DNA of 63,802 nt, the filler included, from Nemertoderma westbladi (lineage: Eukaryota; Animalia; Xenacoelomorpha): NCBI GenBank assembly GCA_032718475.1. It is 3 parts of 3 records of this genome, joined end to end, with 100 filler letters (N's around TTAATTAATTAA, not from the genome) between each part and the next. Parts side by side here need not be neighbours in the genome. Positions count along the whole stretch, not along the records: positions 27,489 to 56,875 come from JAUCBJ010003311.1; 2 more parts are not named here. The stretch is one strand, 5' to 3'. A model generated the notes under the pieces. That model was not told where the DNA came from. It was given only the letters and a program-made list of their open reading frames with translations, and did no database searches. The number at the start of each line of letters is the position of its first letter. Positions within the stretch are counted from its first letter, which is position 1. A program made the position numbers and the translations under genes. Shown in pieces: positions 35,491 through 47,600 of this stretch.

Positions 35491-38400
35491 CCTTGTCCCT
35501 AGGCCTAGCGGGTTACCAAAACTACCTCTACAGGCAGTAGGAAGTTGGCTAGGCCTAATTAGTATCAGGTAAACCTGAGTACTGCTTGATTTTACCTCCT
35601 ACCCTTGGCCCTTAAATATCTGATATGAGTCCCGTGCCCCGTAAGTCGCCCCAATATTCGCCCGTAAATCACCCCCAGTTCATTGAATATACCCAAATTC
35701 CATGTTCCCGCCTTATGAAAAGTTGAAATACCGCGAACAGTAAGAAATACTGTATGATGTTCTTCCATACCACAACCTTACAACGTTGACATAACCTTTC
35801 ACATCTTTAACAGCTTATATCTTATAACTTTAGCATCTATGCTTCCTGGGTACACCCATTTTGGAAAGGACGAAGGGCAACGCGTTCAACCAAATCGGAT
35901 ATATTCAGACGTCATCCGAAACCTCGATGTTGACTGCCCTTTCTACGTCACGCTCCAGTAACATTATTTTTATGTTTATTTCTGTATGGAACATACTGAA
36001 TAACTTAACTACAATGACATGTAAAGGAGCCTGGAGTCGATGCGAATTTCTATTATTATTAAATCCACTGGGCATTCTAAAGCTGGAGATATTACACAAA
36101 CAATTTGATAATATTGTTTGTAACTGTTTAGAAAACATCCCCTTAATTGTTTGATTTTAATTCATCCCCTTAACGCATTCGCATTTGCTTCCCAGTCATA
36201 ATATAACTGAATTTCTACCAACAAAGACCTCGAATAATTACGACGAAGGTGGCTGAACTTACCTTTTATACAAATTTACTTACCACGCCACAGAGCACAC
36301 TAATCATGTGGAGGTCATCGTTAAATGGTGTTGCCGCCCAAACGCTCTCTTGGTGTCCCTAAATGGTCGTGATTTCCATCCAGAAAGGTGGTCACTAAAG
36401 CTTGTTTCCAATCCTGGGGTCCGAATGAGCTACGTGAAAACCTAGATCGATTATCAAGGCGGCTGCGATCAATCCCAACCTTGCAGACACTTCCACGGTC
36501 AGATTTACGGGCAAGCCGTCAATCTCAGATGACGTTCTGCAACTCCACCTTCCAAAACCTAATCCTGAGAGCTACAGTCCCCGGAATCTATAGTCCCTGT
36601 GGTTCCCAGGTCAGAGCGGCGCCAAGCCTTCAAACTCACCACAAGGCATAAGATAAACGGCAAACCTAAACCAGAACTATAATGACATTTATATGGTCTC
36701 GCCTTCTAATCCCTAGATATTTGGAGAAGGCTGAGGTCATTTAGATTACCACGTAGAAATAATATTTTAAATAATATTTTCGAATTTTGTATTCATAAAT
36801 TTCCCTCATCCTTCTGGGAATGGTGTTTGGGAATTAGAAGTCCCAAAAATGTTTATAGTGAAGTGTATTAGTTTTAACATTGAGTTACTATAATGATTTA
36901 ACTCTAGTTACTTATTTCGCCTTGCGCGGTATAATTTCCTTTGAATCAGAATAATTAGAAATAGCGTTTTTCCTATTGTTTCCCTTCCAACCAATTAGAT
37001 ACTTTAACAGGCTTCAGTGGAAACTATAATAATGCCTTTAGTCCAATGCATCTCTGTCTTGTTACTTGACTATGAATTTAGTAGGTGGCATTTCCGCTGA
37101 GTATAGTAAATTATAGAGACCTGAATTATTACCGGTACGGTCTGTATGGTATGGTACAGTGTACGGAACGGATTAGTGTTAATTTGCATTAATTATTTGC
37201 TTGTTATTATTTAAATGTATCAATAACATTGAACATCAAAGATCGCAAAATAAACTGGTTGTTATTCTCAATGATAATACGAGCAGACTGGTGAGTTAGT
37301 CATATACAAATAATTGTTAGTTGTCTCAATCCAACACATTGGTTTGTATGGCATCCTATCAGCCTATTATTGTGCTATAACTACCTCACCTCCGCAATAA
37401 CACTTATTCCAATGACAGTTGGAAAAATACAGTTTTATTAGTCCGGAAAAATAAAGTTTTATTAGTCCGTAGTCAGACATGACCGCGTTATTTTCATAAT
37501 TCAGTTCAAATTCACATTTTCATTGTTGGATATAATTCACAGTAAATCATAAATACAGAGATATTGCTTTTTCCCACAACTTGAAAGGAACAGTTTATAC
37601 TTACGAAACACATTTGTTGTAAAGTCAGTGATATTGCCCGATAAATTGCATCCACACAGCCGAGATACGTATAGTCCTTAATAGTTAAGGTACCCTGCTG
37701 CACGTGCTATATGTATCTCTACAATACATGATTCAGCGTTAAAGTGTTATCTTTAAATTGAAAGCAAGACCATTGTGATTTGTTTGACCCTTTTAAAATT
37801 ACAAATTACCGAATCAAATGCAGCAACAGATGAGGCCTGATAGGCTGAAACCTACGTATAGCGCTGGTTCAACCCCCGATGACGTGCTTTCTCTTTTTTT
37901 CAATTTCTGAACAAAACCATTATATTACATATATAATTTCTTAAATACCTATTTTGTTGTAGAATATCTTGTAGAGTATATTTTTGTCAATAATAAATGT
38001 GTGTTTCATAATAATGATCAACTAGTAACTTTGGTAGGAGGAATTAAAACTTATTCCTATCTCGCATCAAAGGAGGTTTCCAGTTAAGTAGGATAAAAGA
38101 TAGGGTTTGGTTTACTAAACTCTAAAAATTGATTAAAATTTCAGAAAATAAAATCTGTTTAATTGAGCCTCGTGGTGCGCGAAGTCCCCACGAACGTGTT
38201 CTATGCCTAGAGAGTGTAATAATGTAAGGTATGTAGGCAGATGGGAGACCATAATATCGAACAGTAATGCAATCACTAATATCAATATGACAGTATCATA
38301 TTTTCAGTCATGAGACAGTCTCAGTATATTATAAAATTACACAAAAATCAAAACGAGCAGATTTTTGGGATATTAAAGCGTCATGACGCATGTACGTCGC

Positions 38401-39022
38401 AAGTGAATCACATGTGAGCTTTATGTGCCCGAAGTTGTTGAGATATTTATGCGCCATAACTCAAGTAAGGGTCGGCCAATTCGGCCATAACTCTTGAGAA
38501 TCACATCAGATAGCCTGATATAGATTTCCCATTGCCAGTGGTATGGTGACCCATTAAAGCCACTATACACCTTTTAGTTATTAATTTTTGCTTGAATTAA
38601 ATTTCGTTTAATTAATGTTAATTTTCAAATGGAATAGGCCTACAATTTAAAAAAATATTAAACATACTTTTATTTTATTGAGTACCAACTGAGGTTGTTA
38701 ACTCCATTTCAGTCATTTTTCGAAAAAGTGAAAGGCCTGAATTTATACTTTCTTTTTGTTATTGTAACCGATATATGTGATAAATCTTTCTTTATTCTAT
38801 ATAACCTGCTTTTAATAAACTTAGTCTTTTTTATTTTATTAATATGATATTTATAAATATATTATGTACTCCCATCAAATTTTATCTACACATACATTAT
38901 TTTTTGTACATTATTTTAGATAATATATTTTAAGCTGCTGTGAATTTGTATGCTCTATATGACCTACCATAAGTGTACAAGGGTTTTCCATAATTATAAC
39001 TCACTCCACAGTTCGTTTCATT

Positions 39023-40126
39023 ATGTCTGATATCAATGAACACCGCTCCTTGGCTTACTTTGCTGGGGGCCCGTCTCGTATAGCCACCAAAGTTCTCGCG
39101 AAGGTGCAGTCTGAACTCCTGAGTAGGGACCACACTGGAATCAGCCCGTTGGAGATAAATCACAGATCGCCCGAGTACAACAAAATTAACGATGAAGTGG
39201 AAGCGAATCTTCGAGAACTCCTACACATTCCATCCAACTACAAGGTGATCTTTATGCAAGGTGGCGGTCACGGTCAGTTCGCTGCCATACCCTTAAATAT
39301 CCTCCCGACTGATGGAGAGGCGGATTACGTACTCACTGGTTCTTTCAGTCAAAGGGCATTTAAAGAGGGGAAGATGTATGGTAAGGTAAACTTGGCAGCT
39401 CAGACAGATCCATTTACCTCGATCCCTCCAGAGGAATCCTGGGAGATCAGTGATAAATCCTCGTATCTTCACTACTGTGCGAATGAGACTATCGAAGGGG
39501 TGGAATTCCCGTTCGTCCCACAACACCCCAGTGGTGTCATCGTCGCTGATGTGTCCTCCAACTTCCTATCCCAACCCATCGACGTATCTAAGTTTGGGAT
39601 CCTTTACGCCGGGGCCCAGAAAAACGTGGGAGCTGCGGGTTTAACCGTTGTTATAGTTCGGGAGGATTTAATAGGTAAACAGAAACCGTATTGTCCGTCG
39701 ATATTGAATTATAAGTTGTTCTCTGAATATAAGAGTGTGTATCTCACGCCGCCGACTTTCAATATTTATTTGGCTAATTTGGTCTTCCAATGGATTAAAG
39801 AGAAAGGCGGTTTGACCGCTATGCGGGATCTCAGTGACCGTAAGTCGGCATTGTTGTACGATGTTATCGATAGATCTGGTGGTTTTTATCGCTGTCCAGT
39901 GGATGTGACGTGTCGCAGTAGGATTAATGTTGTCTTCCGCGTGGCCGGTGGCGATTTGGAGGTTGGGAAACGTTTTGTGGTGGAAGCCATGCAGCACGGG
40001 TTACATGGGGTGGCTAATTTGTCGTTTATGTCTGCGCTTAGAGCATCTTTGTATAACTCGGTTACTGTCGAAGAAACTGAGAGGTTGGCTGAGTTCATGA
40101 AGGATTTTATGGAAAAGGAGCAGTGA
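39023..40126 (+). CDS. PSAT1: Phosphoserine aminotransferase-like protein (divergent), single coding exon
   Basis: Intact 367 aa with motifs HRS, FMQGGG.GQF, YCANETIEGVEF, ADVSSNFLS, GAQKN (PLP lysine), TPP and RASLYN. Confidence 0.92.
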   Translation: MSDINEHRSLAYFAGGPSRIATKVLAKVQSELLSRDHTGISPLEINHRSPEYNKINDEVEANLRELLHIPSNYKVIFMQGGGHGQFAAIPLNILPTDGEADYVLTGSFSQRAFKEGKMYGKVNLAAQTDPFTSIPPEESWEISDKSSYLHYCANETIEGVEFPFVPQHPSGVIVADVSSNFLSQPIDVSKFGILYAGAQKNVGAAGLTVVIVREDLIGKQKPYCPSILNYKLFSEYKSVYLTPPTFNIYLANLVFQWIKEKGGLTAMRDLSDRKSALLYDVIDRSGGFYRCPVDVTCRSRINVVFRVAGGDLEVGKRFVVEAMQHGLHGVANLSFMSALRASLYNSVTVEETERLAEFMKDFMEKEQ

Positions 40127-40649
40127 AGTCCTGTTTCTCTGTGTTAGTAAGGTGCGGGTGGTGTTGGGTCCTACCGATAGTGATAGTTAATTTGTAATCC
40201 GAGATATACACACTAGGGATGTTGTGAATGTCATATTTTTAAAATCCGCAGATGCGGATGCAGATGTCTGAAGTGACATCCGCACGGATGCGGATGCGGA
40301 TGTCTATTAAAACATATATATTCTTGCCTGGCCTCCTTTTTACATCAAGGTGTTATACCAGCATTGTAATATTATATTCTAATCTTATTTTAATAAACTA
40401 ACAAGAGTCTAAGGTTATAGAACAGTTCCATCTATGCCTATTCATGGCAAAGGCTGCCCAAATGCGTTGTAGGCCATGTGAGTGGTCGTTTGGTCCCCTG
40501 GCCTACGTCATGAAGTCTTGGGACATTATGTCCTGGCGTAATACAGTACAGTAGTTTATTTTGCATCTGGCCAAGTAGTAAGAAATAATTTTGATATTTT
40601 ATACTCGATAATTTTAAGATAAAATAAAAAAAATTGCATTGTAATATTG

Positions 40650-41825
40650 CGTAGAACATAGTCAACCACAATTATGAACAAGAATGGTACAAGTGTATCT
40701 CCATGGAGGACGCCCCATAACACTTCAAATGGTTCTGTGTCACCCTCAACAGTAGACACAAATGTTGTCAAACCATCGTACGCTGATCTGATTGCTGCAA
40801 TAATTTCATCAGGAATCCCATATAATGAAAGTATGCTGACCATACGTGAGCGAGAGACTGAATCAAAGGCCTTGAAGAAGTCAACAAAGATAACATCCAG
40901 ATGCCTGTCTTTCTTTTTTGATAACTCTTCAATTATCCTTCTGAGTGCCAAAATGGGCTCCATGGTCCCACGACCTTTACGAAGCCATTCTGATTTCCAC
41001 GGAGCAGGCTCTCAATGGGATCCCTGATGCGATTTAATAGAATTCTATTGTATAGCTTTGCAGCAATGGAGATCAATGAGATTCCCCGAAAAGAACCATA
41101 GAGTGTTAGGTTGCTCTTCTTGGGAACTGGCACCAGCTTATTTGTTTTCATTTCCTGTGGGATGCTTGTTGTTCGGTACATGTCTACTATGATAAGATAG
41201 ATGAGCTTTAAACACTCAGGTATTTTAAAGACCTCAGGGGGAATACCATCTACTCCACTAGCACGATTGGTCTTAATGCTCTTTGCAGCAGCCTTCACTT
41301 CTGCAAAGGAGATATCGCCAATGGGAATATCTGGGAGTACAGACTCAGACACTTTTACTTCTATAAAGTTATCAGGCAATACCCAGTCATTATTGAGGAG
41401 TTTTTCAAATTGGGCCTTTCAACCATTGAGGCGATTGGTTGGTGATTCAGCCTTAACCTTGGTGGTTGGTTGGCTTTTCCTCCCAGTAAGCAAGTTGATC
41501 GATTTCCATGCCTGGGATGATTGCCTACTGTCATCAGCATCATTGATGGCATCAACCTGTTGGTTTATTCGCTCCTGTAGATTAACAGAGTACTGCCTGT
41601 TCAGGGACCTAGATGCAGCCTTAACTGCTTTCTTGGCCGCTGTAGTCTGTTTGAGTCGGGACTCTTTCTGCGCCTTATAGGGGTCATTTCGGCACCTCTG
41701 AATTTTGTGGTCAGTCCAGGAGGCCCTTTTCCTGTTTCGAGGGTATACAGGAACTGTTTCTGCAGCTGCTAACTTAACTGTTTGTGTGAAGGCAGTATAG
41801 CCCTCGCAGTGATCTGCCGGTTCTC
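40650..41825 (-). mobile_element. Internal RTE LINE fragment (linker plus RT N-half), frameshifted
   Basis: ASGVDGIPPE, FRGISLISIAAKLYNRIL, NQNGF and FVDFFKAFDSV. It overlaps the 25960 copy in sequence. Confidence 0.9.
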
Positions 41826-43274
41826 ACACTTGGCTGTTGCAACAGAGAGGACCAGTCATGCCGCGGCAAGGCAGATTTTGTTGTTCTGCTAGCACGCAGA
41901 CTAAGTCTTATCTTGGCCACAATAAGGCGGTGATCACTGCAGAAGGGTCTAAGTGTAAATGCATTACAGTCTTGTATAGAGCTCCTGTATTTCCTACGAA
42001 AAAGAATATGGTCTATCTGGGACTTGTGACCACTGGGTCCACTATGAGTCCATAGCTTTCAAGTTCGCTTCTTGAACTGGGTTCCAGCCGAAAACAATCC
42101 ATTTCCAGAGATAATTTTCAGATTTACAGATGCCTCACTTAACCAGAGGCGGAAATCCTGAGAGTTGGAGGGGGACATGTCCCCCCCCCCCCTAATATGA
42201 TTAATACTACTTAATTAATTAAATTAACTAATTAATGCTAATAATAAATAATAATTCCCTCTAATATTGATAACACAAGCAATGTAATATAGTGTTGTTT
42301 TTCAATGGTTTGCGTTATGGGCGTATTACTCAATAGTATAGTTACTCAATAGGTAAGCAATGGGGAGGTCCCATATGTAAAATAAAAAGTAAAAAGAAAT
42401 ATAAAATAAAAATATATATAAAAATATAAAAAAAAAATATGAGAAGCGGCCCGGGGAAGAATATCAGGAATCGGGGTGGGTATGGATCTGGAACCACCCA
42501 TAGTGGAAAGGGTGGATGACGAGTCCAAAGAGATACCGTCAATAGAGGAGACAGGATGCGAAGCAACAGCAAGGGAGTGGGTGGAGGAGACTGGGTTCAA
42601 TGCACAGGACCTAGAGATGATGGGATGGAACACAGACGTTCCTGGCGAGTAGTGGTACGAGGATGGGGAAGAGTGGATGGCGAGATATCCGGAGAGATGT
42701 CTGGAAGAGATGCTGATCTAAATAAGGAGTATACCGATACTAGGGTGATCGAACAAGAAGATAAGGAGGATGAGGAATAAACATAAGAAGGTTGATCCAA
42801 AGGGAGAGGAGCCAATGATGAAGGATGATGGAAACAGGGAAGTTAGTGGAGATGTGTTGAATACAGGGCTAGCAGAGTGCGAGTTGGCATTAAATATTAA
42901 ACCATTTTGTGTACCAAGGGTCATCGGGGGCTTTAAAGCCGGCGCACATACTGAGGGGGAGGCCACCAGAGGCGGAATTTACCAGTGACGATAAGATAAA
43001 GGGTGGCATTATGCCACCAAATGATAACAATATGAAGGGTGGCATTCTGCCGCCAGGGGACAATGAGGAATTCTGTGAGATAATGGGAAGGTCGGACCTG
43101 AGAAAGGAAAAGAGGGGGGGGGGGGGGGGGGCAGTAGATGTGGATATGAAACCTACCGATGAAAAGACAACCAAGGGTAGCATTCAACTACAAAAAGATG
43201 AATTTTATGAAGAAATGGCTACTCTCCAAAATGAAGATTTCTATGACAGCAGGGGGCATTCTACTACCCAATGC

Positions 43275-44050
43275 TACCCTACTGGTGAGGATCGAAAGAT
43301 TAGATCTGTAGAGGTTAGAATTGGAGGAAAGATTGGGGCAAAGGATAGGAAGACCTACAGGTGGGTGGTAGGAAAGTGTTGCCTATTGGAGGGAATGCCC
43401 TAATTAGTTGAGTCATCCAATAAATTGGACTGAGGGGGGTGGGAATGAGGTAGAGATGCCCTTCCCACATAAAACATAAAAATAATAAATATAATTACGT
43501 ATGTCTGATGGGTATGAACGTACTAACGTACAATGAGTACACCTGCACCAACGTACATATTATTATTTAGTTTAGAAGGGCATTATGTACATCTGATGGG
43601 TACGAATGTACTAACGTACATAATATTTAGGAGTAGGTAGTTATAATTACGTACGTCCGATGAGTACACTTGTACGAATGTACATAATTTACATACGCAC
43701 TAAAGCTGGGTCAATGGGACCAATAATAGTACAAAATATGTACTATAGTAGAATTAGAAGGATACATAGTACCACACTAAGGGTTAGAAGGGTACACATT
43801 GCATGCGTCTGATGGGCACAATGTGCCAACGTATGTAATAAGTACCAATACCAGGTCAATGGGACCTATAATAGTACGTAATACAATACGAACTAAAATG
43901 GGCACTGAGGGCGCCACGTGAGGAGCTGAGGGGGATATGTAGGCATAGTAGAATAGACAGTGTAGGCCGCACGAACTAGGTTACTATAGTGCATAGCCCT
44001 TAGAGTATTGTTACAGACCAAGAAAGCTGTCTGGTAGGAAGCTAGTATAC
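43275..44050 (+). mobile_element. Second BEL family A relic: integrase C-terminus and post-pol non-coding region
   Basis: IRSVEVRIGGKIGAKDRKTYRWVVGKCCLLEGMP matches the end of the 11675-13627 ORF. The downstream DNA is homologous to 10930-11675 (-). Confidence 0.85.
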
Positions 44051-44194
44051 CTTGACATCTTCATCACCAGGAACAACAGATTTTTTTTAGAACAGTTTAC
44101 AGAACTATGACTGCATTATTACTACAATAGGGGTGTCTGACAATGTGTAGGTTTTACTTTTTTGGTACCGGTATCGCCTAGCTAAAGAATTTCA

Positions 44195-44600
44195 ATGGCC
44201 TCCTCACCCTTGCCAGTTGATTCAGAAGGTTACTTAAAATTGAATCGCTCCTTGTCGGATTAACAAACGATATGTGTTCAGTTCACGCCAAATTGGACAA
44301 AATGAACGACGAACTTAGCTCGTGAGTTACAGCTGTTGAATGCGACAATCGGATATTCGTGAAGAACTTAAAGAAGTGCGTCTTGAGAGTGATTATCATG
44401 AGCAGTACATCCGCCGTGACACAGTCCTGCTCCAGGGTCTACCTGAGGAAAAATCTACCCAATCGGATCGAAGCAAAGTGAAGTTGGTTCTTCTCGGGCT
44501 CGGAATTAAAGTGGAATCGATCGACGTGTTTCATCGACTTGGTTTAGCTAAACAAGCCCTTATCAGACCTTATATGTGGTGCACTCAAACGTTACCTAGG
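44195..44600 (+). pseudogene. LINE ORF1p-like fragment (coiled coil plus RRM)
   Basis: EQYIRRDTVLLQGLPEE...IDVFHRLG fits the L1/CR1/L2 ORF1 pattern EQYSRR..L...G.PE...HRLG. Confidence 0.6.
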
Positions 44601-44610
44601 AGTTAACTAA

Positions 44611-47600
44611 TTATAACAGGAAGTAAGTTAAGTCAGTTGGCTTAACTTCCTGCTTTCCGTAGTTGCCAGATTCTTTGCTTGCCATTTCTAGTAGGCAGCG
44701 GCGTCCAATGGGGCGATTGAGTTTCTGTGGAATGAAATTTAGCTTGCCCTTTTCCCTGAGCACTACTAAATCTACTGATCTTACTAGGCCATCCGCGCTA
44801 ACGTATGTCTCCACGATGCGCACTGTCTACCAATACTTGTGTGGAAGATCAGAGTCTACTACTAAGACCATGTCGCCCACTCTGGCATTGTCTTTTACCG
44901 AAAAGCACTTGTTTCGAAGTTGTATACTGGGGAGGTAAAAGCGCTCAAAGTGGTATACGAATTGGGATGACAGTAATTGTGTCATCTTCCAGGTCTGTCG
45001 CAATAACTCGTCACTGTCTTCTGGTGTTGAGACTGGCAACATCACTACTTTCTTCTTCATCAGAAAGTGGGCTGGTGTGAGGGCCTCTAGTGCTTTGGGG
45101 CTGGTCGAAACGGTCATTAGGGGCCGACTGTTAAGATAGGTGGTCACTTCCTCTAAGATGGTACGGATAATTTCATCCATTAGGTAGGCTTTGCAGGGTA
45201 GTATGTGATGAAAAGCTACCTTTACACTACGAATTAATCTCTCCCAGCTCCCGCCCCACCAGGGTGCGTTTGCAGCATTAATGGACCAACTGGAAGCAGA
45301 AACCTTCAACAGCTCATCAACTTGATCCTGGTTCCATTCTTCTATAGAGCGTGCTATCTCGTTGTTCGCTCCTATAAAGTTCGTGCCTTTGTCGGTCTTC
45401 ATTGTATTGCTGGTGCCATATCGACTGATTTGCCTACGTAAGCACAGGATAAAGCTGTTCATGGAGATATCATTAACCATGTCTAGTTGTATAGCGCGGC
45501 AAGTCATGCAGACGAAGATGATGCACCATCTTTTAACTATGGTTCGAGCCCTCTTGACTTCTATTGGTCCAAATAGGTCTACACCTGTATGTTTAAAGGG
45601 GGGCTCGTAACAGCTTACGCGTTCCTTTGGTAAGGGTGCTTCTAATTGAGTCATAGGCTGGCAATACAGTTTCCTACAGGGTAAACAGCTGCGCAAAACT
45701 TTGTTTAAGGCCTTTCTGGGCTTTACGAGATAATAGCGGGTACTTATTTCACTGAGGATGTGTTCCCTCCCCGCGTGCAACAGGGGATTGTGCACATCTT
45801 GTATTATTTTGTGTTGAATGGCGGGATCGTAGATAATAATAGGGAATATCGTGTCTTGGGAAAGGGGGGCGTTGGTAAGTCGGCCTCCCACTCTGATTAG
45901 GCCGTCGAACATCACACTAGAAAATTTATCGTTCGACTGCATAGCGGGATGCTTCAGGTGGTAGTCATATGTTGATGCCCTTTCCTGTACTTAAGATAAT
46001 CGGAGTAATTGCCTATTTGTGTAATCTTCTTCGTGATCCAGCAACTTACTTTGCGTGAATTTTGCTTTATTACAACGATAATATACATACCGTTTCCATA
46101 TTGTGATGGCGCGGCAAAGCTTGTGCCAGGAACTGTAATGGTCCAAGGCTTTGCTAATGAGCGGTGAAAGGCCGCCAGCCAAATCTGGGACTAAAAGGGT
46201 AATAAGGGCTTCACTGTCTGGGGGGCTTTGTTGGCTTATATTCTCACGTACATGCAGTGAAGATATGTCGATATTTCTGAATAGTTTTGATTTGGACGCT
46301 TTGTTCTTAGACTTAACGATTTCCGCGCCCTTTGCTTGTTGCCTTATTTCTGCGGGCGATAAGTTTGGGGGCCAACTATTCTCAGGGCCTTGCAAAAAGA
46401 CAGGTCCCTGTAACCAACATTTAGTGTCTATCAGTTCCTGGGGGGTGGCACCGCGAGACGCAATGTCAGCGGGATTTAGTAATCCCGGACAGTGTCTCCA
46501 CTAATCAACATTTGTTTCTTTTAATATTCGTGCCACACGATTCGTCACATATACACCGAACTGGCATGTCGTGTTGGTCAGATATTCTAAAACTTTTCAA
46601 ACAATTTCGTAGGTCCCTTTCGTTCCAATAGGGTCCTTTGTGAAGGACCGGTACAGAACCATCAGGCCTTGTCCGACAGGCGTAAGCCAACATAGGTTTT
46701 GGATGTCTAGGTCTTTTCTCTAGAATTTCTAAAGCCTCGGGAACATTCTGACCTATTAACATTTGTATGCCTGGATAGTCTGGGTTAAAACGGGGAATAT
46801 TGTGACTATGTACAAGGGTGTCATTATCCCAGTTATAAGCCTTGGCTTGACTTTTTGCAAAGTTACGGATAGCGACCATTTTAATATTGGAAACTCTATC
46901 TCGGCCACCGGTGTCCTGTGGTGTAGATAGGGATGCTTTATAATATTTTGTCTCGATCGTCAATTGCCAACGCTTCATTATCCCAGATAATGTTAATTTC
47001 ATGTCGTGCCCTTGCTCCCCAGCAAACAAGAATTCTGCTAGTTCTGCATCAATGAAAGTACCTGTACTTCCGGTGTCCATGAGGGCGTTGACTATGACGC
47101 TATTACTTCCAGCATGGAGTCGAACTTGAAGTACCGGAAACTCTCGGACTCTGACATCCTGGAATGGCCAAGCGCTGGAGTCGCTCTCTACCTTGAAGCA
47201 GTCATCCAGCGCAGATTCTTCGTAGGTGAAGGCCTCATATATGCTAACATGGTTGCAGCACTCGTCGTCGTCCGATAACTCATCCGGACGAAAGGCATCT
47301 GGTCCCTCGTCAGATGAGTCATTCTCATAGTCGGTAAAATGCACATATTGATCCGGTTCCTCCTTAGGGGCTCGGTCTAGGTGCAACAAAGGGTGATGGG
47401 ATCCCTGGCACACTGGACAAGTTTTTACATTTACTAATCTACACTTACGTCGCAAATGTCCTGGTCTGAGGCACAAAAAGCATGTTGACAAGTCCAAGAC
47501 TGTCTGCCGTCTCTCTTTCAGGGTTTTCTTTAAGAAGGCATTGCATTTCGCAGGCGGATGTGAGTCTGTTTTACAAAGAGGACACTTAGGGTCAGTGCTG

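Noticed and set aside
37826-37872. CAGATGAGGCC-TGATA-GGCTGAAAC, like a Penelope-type hammerhead
   Set aside because: U4 is mutated and no cleavage triplet or stem I can be paired. At best a dead relic.
39023-40126. Bacterial serC by horizontal transfer or contamination
   Set aside because: Motifs such as IPSNYKVIF, YCANET and RSRINVVFR look animal-like, and the flanks are eukaryotic repeats. A phylogeny is needed for a firm exclusion.
42340-43270. Cluster of overlapping short ORFs
   Set aside because: Low-complexity, purine-skewed decayed sequence. Only the last ~40 codons of 42909-43403 are recognisable (BEL integrase).
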